A stretch of 32,000 nt of DNA from Methylorubrum extorquens. GTDB taxonomy: Bacteria > Pseudomonadota > Alphaproteobacteria > Rhizobiales > Beijerinckiaceae. The notes beneath the pieces were generated by a model, which was given only the letters and a program-made list of their open reading frames with translations, made no database searches and had not been told where the DNA came from. Within the stretch, counting starts at the first letter, position 1. Each line of letters starts with the position of its first letter. Where the stretch lies: the NCBI GenBank assembly GCA_900234795.1, contig LT962688.1, positions 390,001-422,000 on the forward strand. The letters are read 5' to 3'. Positions 26,496 to 32,000 of this stretch are shown piece by piece. The translations under genes were made by a program, and so were the position numbers.

Positions 26496-26537
26496 GCAAG
26501 ACGGCGATCCACATTGTGGACAGCCGTTGCAAATCCA

Positions 26538-27251
26538 TCACGGTTCCGCAGGAAATGGGCTGCGCTCCCGCAGAACAGCCTTCACGAAGGCGTCATCGTC
26601 GGGATCGGCGAAGCGAACACCGACCGATGGCGAACGAAGCTCGATCCGGAGCCAGTCGAGATGCGGCTCCTGCGCGAGCACGCTCACCGTCCGGCTCTCC
26701 CCCTGGTGCAGCTGAAGCATCAGGAGGTGATTGTTCGCACTCCGCGCCGTCAGCGCATCGCGGATCGCCCGGACCGTCGCCGCCTCGGTGGGCAGGGCGG
26801 TCATCAGATAGAAGCGGTTGCGGGCACCGGGCCGGTCCAGAGCCGCACGCAGCCGCCGCACGCCGGCTTGCAGGAAACGGTAATCCTCGTCGCTGGCCGC
26901 CGGGTCGTGGTGGTTGAACACGAACGGAATCGCGTGCCGATCCCGGTAGAGGAGATGGCGGCAACGCGTCTCGTTCGGCGCCTGCCGCTCATGCAGGGGC
27001 GTGCTCTCGTAGTGGCGCCGGTCGAGCAGATCGGAAAAGTCGTCGGCGAGGCAATCGCGGACCATTCCCGGCGACGAGAAGATCCAGTCGAAGGGCGCCG
27101 ACCATGTGCGCAGGTCCAGTCCCTTCAGGATCTGCGCGGTGTGGCAGTGGCTGCCGAGCGAGATGTGGTTGACGGCGCCGGGCTCGCGGAGGTCGCGCCG
27201 GCCGAGGCGGCGCAGGCCGTTCAGCAGGCCCGCGCCGAGCCCCCGTTTCAC
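26538..27251 (-). CDS. DUF1796 family protein (putative papain-like cysteine peptidase)
   Basis: NHISLGSHCHTAQILKGLDLRTWSAPFDWIFS matches the N-terminal DUF1796 signature (ISLGxxC ... PFDW), and VFNHHD follows later. The only canonical start upstream of the motif is GTG 27249-27251, which overlaps the accA TGA (GTGA). Confidence 0.7.
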   Translation of the reverse strand: MKRGLGAGLLNGLRRLGRRDLREPGAVNHISLGSHCHTAQILKGLDLRTWSAPFDWIFSSPGMVRDCLADDFSDLLDRRHYESTPLHERQAPNETRCRHLLYRDRHAIPFVFNHHDPAASDEDYRFLQAGVRRLRAALDRPGARNRFYLMTALPTEAATVRAIRDALTARSANNHLLMLQLHQGESRTVSVLAQEPHLDWLRIELRSPSVGVRFADPDDDAFVKAVLRERSPFPAEP

Positions 27252-28201
27252 AGCTTGCGGCCGATCTCGAGAAACTTCTGCGCGCGCCGGTCACGGACCT
27301 CGTCCGGGCTCAAGCCTTCGAACTCGGCCAGCGCGCGGGCGATGGCGTCACCGGTGGCGTTGAGCGCCGCCTGACGGTCGCGGTGGGCGCCGCCGGTGGC
27401 TTCGGGGACGATGGAATCGATGATGCCGAGGCGCAGCAGATCCTGCGCGGTGATCTTCATGGCGGTGGCGGCGTCGTGCGCCCGGCCCTGGTCGCGCCAG
27501 AGGATCGAGGCGGCGCCCTCCGGGGAGATCACGCTGTAGATGGCGTGTTCCAGCATCATCACCGTGTTGGCGGTGGCGATGGCGATGGCTCCACCCGAGC
27601 CGCCTTCGCCGATGACGACGGCGACGTTCGGTACGCCGAGCGCGAGACAGGCTTCCGTGGAGCGGGCGATCGCCTCGGCCTGGCCGCGCTCCTCGGCCTC
27701 GATGCCGGGGAAGGCGCCAGCGGTGTCGACGAAGGCGAGGACCGGCAGGCCGAAGCGGTCGGCGGTCTCCATCAGGCGCACGGCCTTGCGGTAGCCCTCC
27801 GGCCGGGCCATCCCGAAATTGTGTCGCAGCCGCGCTTCGGTGGTCGCGCCCTTCTCCTGGCCGAGGACGCAGACCGGGCGGCCACGAAAGCGCCCGAAGC
27901 CGCCGATGATCGCCTCGTCCTCGCCGAAGGTGCGGTCGCCGGCCAGCGGCGTGAATTCCTCGATCAGCCCGGCGCAGTAATCGACGAAATGCGGCCGCTG
28001 CGGATGGCGCGCGACCTGCGTCTTCTGCCAGGGGGTGAGGGCAGCGTAGATCTCGGCGAGCGCCTGGGCCGCCTTACCCTCCAGGCGCCCGACCTCCTCG
28101 CTGATCGAGACGGCGCCGTCGCGCTGGCCCAGGGCCTTGAGTTCCTCGAGCTTCGCCTCGAGTTCCGCCACGGGCTTCTCGAAGTCGAGATAGGAGCGCA
28201 T
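27248..28201 (-). CDS. accA: acetyl-CoA carboxylase carboxyltransferase subunit alpha
   Basis: MRSYLDFEKPVAELEAKLEELK..., then PEGYRKAVRLMETADRFGLPVLAFVDTAGAFPGIEAEERGQAEAIA and VIGEGGSGGALA-type VIGEGGSGGAIA. 317 aa from ATG 28201; an in-frame ATG 3 codons upstream is also possible. Confidence 0.93.
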   Translation of the reverse strand: MRSYLDFEKPVAELEAKLEELKALGQRDGAVSISEEVGRLEGKAAQALAEIYAALTPWQKTQVARHPQRPHFVDYCAGLIEEFTPLAGDRTFGEDEAIIGGFGRFRGRPVCVLGQEKGATTEARLRHNFGMARPEGYRKAVRLMETADRFGLPVLAFVDTAGAFPGIEAEERGQAEAIARSTEACLALGVPNVAVVIGEGGSGGAIAIATANTVMMLEHAIYSVISPEGAASILWRDQGRAHDAATAMKITAQDLLRLGIIDSIVPEATGGAHRDRQAALNATGDAIARALAEFEGLSPDEVRDRRAQKFLEIGRKL

Positions 28202-28414
28202 CACCGCCATCGATCGTCGGTCCAACTTCTTGCTCGGCAGCCGTGCACCCGCCCGGCGCCCTGCGACCGGCGCGAGGTGTTCGGGGAAGCGGGCATGGGT
28301 GTCAACCGCCGCTTAGCGTCAGCGCGTGCGGCGCAGCAAGATCGACTTCGCCGAACCATTGGGGCAAGTCGTGGGGTGAAAGGGTCCGCGCGGCCCGCGA
28401 ACCGGAGGGAAATC

Positions 28415-29200
28415 ATGAGCCTGCAAGGGAAAGCCGCCGTGGTCACCGGCTCGACGAGCGGCATCGGCCTCGCCATCGCCAAGAGCTTCGCGAAAGACGG
28501 CGCTAACGTGGTCCTCAACGGATTCGGCAACCCCGAAGACATCGAGCGGACCCGCAGCGGCATCGAGAGCGAGTTCGGGGTCAAGGCGGTTTATTCGCCC
28601 GCCGACCTCACCAAGCCGGACGAGATCGGCGGGCTGATCGCACTCTCGGTCGAGACGTTCGGCAGCATCGACATCCTCGTGAACAATGCGGGCATCCAGT
28701 ACGTCTCGCCGATCGAGGACTTTCCGGTCGAGAAGTGGGACCAGATCATTGCCCTCAATCTCTGCTCGGCCTTCCACACCCTGCGTGCGGCCGTGCCGCA
28801 TATGAAGGCGAAGGGCTGGGGCCGGGTCATCAACACGGCTTCGGCGCACTCGATGGTCGCCTCGCCCTACAAGTCGGCCTACGTCGCGGCCAAGCACGGC
28901 GTCGTCGGCCTCACCAAGACGGCGGCGCTCGAACTCGCCACCCACGGCATCACCGTGAACTGCATCTCACCGGGCTATGTCTGGACGCCGCTGGTTGAGA
29001 GCCAGATCCCGGACACGATGAAGGCGCGCGGCCTCACCAAGGAACAGGTGATCGAGGAGGTGCTGCTCAAGGCGCAGCCGACCAAGGAATTCGTGACGAT
29101 CGATCAGGTAGCGGCGCTCGCCCTGTTCCTGTGCACGGACAGCGCCAGCCAGATCACCGGTGCCAACATCGCCATGGATGGCGGCTGGACGGCGCAGTAG
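28415..29200 (+). CDS. bdhA: 3-hydroxybutyrate dehydrogenase (SDR family)
   Basis: GGAGGG lies 5 nt upstream of ATG 28415. TGSTSGIGLAIA (cofactor motif), NNAGIQ, catalytic YKSAYVAAKHG and the C-terminal ITGANIAMDGGWTAQ are typical of BdhA. The upstream 344 codons of the 605-aa ORF are antisense shadow of accA. Confidence 0.88.
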   Translation: MSLQGKAAVVTGSTSGIGLAIAKSFAKDGANVVLNGFGNPEDIERTRSGIESEFGVKAVYSPADLTKPDEIGGLIALSVETFGSIDILVNNAGIQYVSPIEDFPVEKWDQIIALNLCSAFHTLRAAVPHMKAKGWGRVINTASAHSMVASPYKSAYVAAKHGVVGLTKTAALELATHGITVNCISPGYVWTPLVESQIPDTMKARGLTKEQVIEEVLLKAQPTKEFVTIDQVAALALFLCTDSASQITGANIAMDGGWTAQ

Positions 29201-29238
29201 CACCGAAAACGGGCGGAGCGCGGCGCTCGGGTATCGTC

Positions 29239-29325
29239 CCGAAAGGTGGTTGCCGGCTTTCGGAAAGTGATGCCAAATCAAGAGCCTGGATCACCGTCCT
29301 GGATCAGGTATCCAGGACGGTGATC
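29239..29325 (+). repeat. Intergenic repeat element, copy B: hairpin CCGAAAG...CTTTCGG, conserved spacer, then a perfect 16-bp-stem hairpin
   Basis: Hairpin 1 spans 29239-29263. The spacer AAAGTGATGCCAAATCAAGAGCCTGGA aligns with copy A. Hairpin 2 is GATCACCGTCCTGGAT-caggt-ATCCAGGACGGTGATC (29289-29325). It lies between the convergent bdhA and CsbD-like genes. Confidence 0.55.
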
Positions 29326-29350
29326 GAGAGCCGCGCTCAGATTGCTTCGC

Positions 29351-29707
29351 TCAGCGGCGCGAATGCAGCAGCAGGGCGAGGCCATAGCCGACAGCGCCGG
29401 CGATCATGAGAGCGAGGAACGGGTTCTCTCCGACCTGCGTCTCGACCCGCTCGCGCCCATCGCGCAGATACGTGCCGCTGTTGCGGCTGACGCGGTCATA
29501 GGCATCCTCCGCATAGCCGCCGACATCGTCGGCGATGTCGCGCACGGTGTCCTTGGCCTGCCCGTAGATGCGCTGCGCGCGGCCTTCGGCTTCCCGGTAG
29601 CGGCCCTCCAGCGAATCCCGGTCCGAGCCGAGCGCATCGCCCACCACGCCCTGCGCCCGGCCGCCGAGATCCTTAGCGGTGCCGACGATGCGATCCGAAT
29701 CCACCAT
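29351..29707 (-). CDS. CsbD-like general stress protein with C-terminal membrane anchor (DUF883/ElaB-like tail)
   Basis: The N-terminal IVGTAKDLGGRAQGVVGDALGSDRDSLEGRYREAEGRAQRIYGQAKD is CsbD-like. The C-terminal ENPFLALMIAGAVGYGLALLL is a tail anchor. Confidence 0.7.
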   Translation of the reverse strand: MVDSDRIVGTAKDLGGRAQGVVGDALGSDRDSLEGRYREAEGRAQRIYGQAKDTVRDIADDVGGYAEDAYDRVSRNSGTYLRDGRERVETQVGENPFLALMIAGAVGYGLALLLHSRR

Positions 29708-29817
29708 GGCGGAACTCCTGTTTTTGTTAGGCCCGCCACCTTGAGAGTTTCGGGCGGGCGTCGGACAGGAGAACGTGCGAGGAGGGATTCGGTCCCGCGC
29801 GGCCGCGAAAAAGCGGC

Positions 29818-29836
29818 GTCCGCCGCCCCGCTGAAG
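29818..29836 (-). terminator. Short intrinsic terminator after the malonyl-CoA decarboxylase gene
   Basis: The minus strand reads GCGGC-GGAC-GCCGC followed by UUUUU, starting 8 nt after the stop codon. Confidence 0.45.
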
Positions 29837-29843
29837 ACGCGGA

Positions 29844-31253
29844 TCAGCCCGCCTCGGCCAGCACCACCGCCCGCGGCGGCGGCAGGTTGGAGCGCAGTTC
29901 GCGGCTGACCGCCGAGGAGGTCGCGACGGTACCGAGATTGACGTAGGTCTCGTGGTTCTTCTCGATCGCCGAGAGATCGTAGAGGTAGTTCACCATCAGC
30001 CCGTAGGATTGCTTCAGGCCCTTCTTTGAGGTGTCGCCCAGGAAGTTCATCCGCTCCAGCCGGGCGCCGTTGCCGAGATGGAAGCGGGCCACCGGATCGA
30101 GCGGGCGGCCCTTCTCGTTCTTGGCGCGCAGGAAATAGGCCGCCGCCGCGGGCAGGATGGCGCGCCGCACCGCCTCGCACTTCGTCTTGTCGCTGCGCCA
30201 ATCCTCGGTATCGAGCAGGCGCAGCGCCTCGACATCCTCCCGCGTCAGGCCCTGCGGCGCGTCGGCACCACGCTCCCGGTCGAGCCAGGTACGGAAGCCG
30301 GGCACCGGCGAGAGGGTGACGAAAGTCTTCAGCGAGGGAATTTCACGAGCGAGATCCTCGACCACCTGCTTGATGAGGAAGTTGCCGAAGGTGACGCCGG
30401 CCAAGCCCTTCTGGCAGTTCGAGATCGAGTAGAAGATCGCGGTCGTGGCGCTGCGCGCGGGCACCGGTTCGCGTCCATCGGCCAGGATCGGCTGGATCGC
30501 CGGAGCAACGGCGTTGGTGAGCGCCACCTCGACGAAAATCAGCGGCTCGTCGAGCAGGGCCGGGTGGAAGAAGGCGAAGCAGCGCCGGTCCGTCGGCTGG
30601 ATGCGGCGGCGCAATTCGTCCCAATCGGCGATCTCGTGGACTGCCTCGTAGCGGATGATCTTCTCGAGGATGTCGGCCGGAGTCGACCAGTCGATCGGGC
30701 GCAAAACGAGGAAGCCCCGGTTGAACCAAGAGGCGAACAGGTGCTCGAAATCGCTGTCGAGGCTCACCGCCGCGTCGATCGTCTCCGGGGCGGCCTCCCG
30801 GTCCTTCAGGCGCTTGCGCAGCGTGAACAGATCCTCGCGCATCCGCACCAGCGCCAGGGTGCCGCCGCGGGCGAGGTTGAGCCGCCGAATCAGCTCCTGC
30901 GAGCGCGGCTCGGCCGCCACGTGCAACAGGCCGAGACGGGCCCGCGTCGGATCGGCACGGTAAGCGGCGATCGCAGCATCGACCGCGTCATGGTCGGCAC
31001 CGAATTCGGTGGCGACGAGTTCGAGGAAGGCAAGCCGGTCCTCAAGGGGAAAGGCGGCGTAGCGATCAAGGATTAAGCGCGCGAGCGCGACGCCCGAGGC
31101 TTCGCCGCGCCGGGAAATCAGGTCTTCGCAGAACCGGGCGAGGTCGGCCGCGCTCGCCGTCCGCGCCAGATCGGAGCGGGCCAAGCCGATAAGGTCCCGG
31201 CCCCGGTCGCTGATGGTCTGGATGAGATCGCCGAGGAACGAGATCGCCGCCAT
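29844..31253 (-). CDS. malonyl-CoA decarboxylase
   Basis: 469 aa. WFNRGFLVLRPIDWSTPADILEKIIRYEAVHEI, FYSISNCQKGLAGVTFGNFLIKQVV, ARFHLGNGARLERMNFLGDTSKKGLKQSYGLMVNYLY are the conserved MCD blocks. Confidence 0.9.
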   Translation of the reverse strand: MAAISFLGDLIQTISDRGRDLIGLARSDLARTASAADLARFCEDLISRRGEASGVALARLILDRYAAFPLEDRLAFLELVATEFGADHDAVDAAIAAYRADPTRARLGLLHVAAEPRSQELIRRLNLARGGTLALVRMREDLFTLRKRLKDREAAPETIDAAVSLDSDFEHLFASWFNRGFLVLRPIDWSTPADILEKIIRYEAVHEIADWDELRRRIQPTDRRCFAFFHPALLDEPLIFVEVALTNAVAPAIQPILADGREPVPARSATTAIFYSISNCQKGLAGVTFGNFLIKQVVEDLAREIPSLKTFVTLSPVPGFRTWLDRERGADAPQGLTREDVEALRLLDTEDWRSDKTKCEAVRRAILPAAAAYFLRAKNEKGRPLDPVARFHLGNGARLERMNFLGDTSKKGLKQSYGLMVNYLYDLSAIEKNHETYVNLGTVATSSAVSRELRSNLPPPRAVVLAEAG

Positions 31254-31454
31254 GACCGAACAAGCCCTTGGATCCGCCGAGCCGACGCAGACAAGGCTCG
31301 GCCGTTACCGGAACCTAAAGCCTACGCCGCCTCGGCGCCAGATATGGGAAGTATGCGGGAGCCCTGCCGGGCGCCTCCGGCAACACGATCCCGCTGCGCG
31401 AATCACCGTGTCGCGGCAGGCGGTGATCGGCCGAGGCCGAGCCGTCGGCGGCTC

Positions 31455-31658
31455 TCAGAACTCGGCCTCCGCATGCGGCGCGAGATCCACCGTGTCGGCG
31501 CGTTCGCGCCAATCGTTCACGCCGCGGGAGCGGGCAAAGCGGATCTCTGCGGCCTTCAGCGCGCGCTCCGGATCGCGGGCGCGCGAAATCTCGACGAAGC
31601 CGACCGTGAAGGGCACCCCGAGGATCTGCTTCGCGAAGTGGACGCGGTAATTCGACAT
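31455..31658 (-). CDS. small hypothetical protein (67 aa)
   Basis: MSNYRVHFAKQILGVPFTVGFVEISRARDPERALKAAEIRFARSRGVNDWRERADTVDLAPHAEAEF. Its composition is ordinary, unlike the Arg/Pro-rich shadow ORFs. The ATG is at 31656-31658. No family recognised and no clear SD. Confidence 0.4.
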   Translation of the reverse strand: MSNYRVHFAKQILGVPFTVGFVEISRARDPERALKAAEIRFARSRGVNDWRERADTVDLAPHAEAEF

Positions 31659-32000
31659 ACACGACTCCTCATCTTGAAGCGGCGGCCGGCCACTTGGAGA
31701 AAATGTGCGCCATCGCGCGCCCATCTGTAAATGGTTACCCGGCCAAGCTGCTGCGAAGGCTGTGCGTTTTTCTTACAATTGATCATATAGGCGCTCTTTT
31801 GAGGGATGCTACCACCGCGCGTCCGGGTGTCGCCGGTGCGACGTGCGCTCCCCATTCGCACTTGGCGAGGACACGGTCTTTGACCGCGCGTTTCGTCGGG
31901 CATTCGGAGCAAAATCGGACATTCTGCCGCGCGAAGGCTGCGCCTCACCGTGTCGCCGGGGCTGGCGGTCCGGCGGTGGCCTGCCGTATGGGGCGGTCCA

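Noticed and set aside
27383-28414. N-terminal 344 codons of the 605-aa plus-strand ORF ending at 29200
   Set aside because: This part is antisense to accA and low-complexity. The SDR fold, SD sequence and ATG at 28415 define the real 261-aa bdhA gene.
29708-29800. GCCCGCC ... GGCGGGC inverted repeat (about 29732-29760) as a terminator
   Set aside because: The T-run precedes rather than follows the stem on the plus strand, and an A-rich run follows on the minus strand. It therefore fits neither orientation as an intrinsic terminator. The short GCGGC/GCCGC+U5 hairpin at 29818-29836 is the better candidate for the decarboxylase gene.
1-32000. Search for tRNA, rRNA, CRISPR, integrase, transposase or phage genes, and inverted terminal repeats bounding the TA cassette
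   Set aside because: I found no T-loop-like GGTTCGAATCC-type motifs or cloverleaf candidates in the intergenic gaps, and no recombinase-like ORFs. I also found no flanking direct or inverted repeats around 23340-24385. By eye only, so short or degenerate elements could be missed.

Overview
This is a high-GC (roughly 70%) alphaproteobacterial chromosomal segment. The protein sequences look like a Methylobacterium/Methylorubrum-type Rhizobiales genome, but that is inference from memory, not a search. I can support 31 protein-coding loci and found no rRNA, tRNA, CRISPR array, integrase or transposase.

The content is mostly core housekeeping:
- Translation: gltX, cysS, rpsD, rplS.
- Lipid metabolism: accA, psd-pssA, 3-hydroxybutyrate dehydrogenase, malonyl-CoA decarboxylase.
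- Envelope: OmpA-like, LysM, MltB-like, L,D-transpeptidase, DUF2865, CreA.
- Transport: a FUSC-DUF1656-HlyD efflux set, an MFS transporter and an Atm1-type ABC exporter.

I do not see a convincing novel multi-gene system. The only clearly accessory element is a small, lower-GC HEPN/MNT toxin-antitoxin cassette (23372-24133) between the MltB-like gene and the rplS terminator. Both of its genes are broken by indels in simple-sequence tracts. The adjacent essential rplS gene also carries a 1-nt homopolymer frameshift. Three indels within about 0.9 kb therefore more likely mark a local assembly-quality problem than genuine gene decay.

Other items worth a second look:
- A 723-aa OmpA-family protein, about half of which is extreme Pro/Arg/Glu/Asp low-complexity tandem repeat.
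- A two-hairpin intergenic repeat present twice (20947-21049 and 29239-29325).
- Structured leaders for rpsD (Shine-Dalgarno sequestered) and rplS (mutually exclusive helices).
- 4-nt or 1-nt start/stop overlaps that couple accA to a DUF1796 papain-like gene and a LOG gene to a methyltransferase.
- Several perfect long palindromes.

Many long ORFs in the six-frame track are GC-driven shadow ORFs and were rejected.
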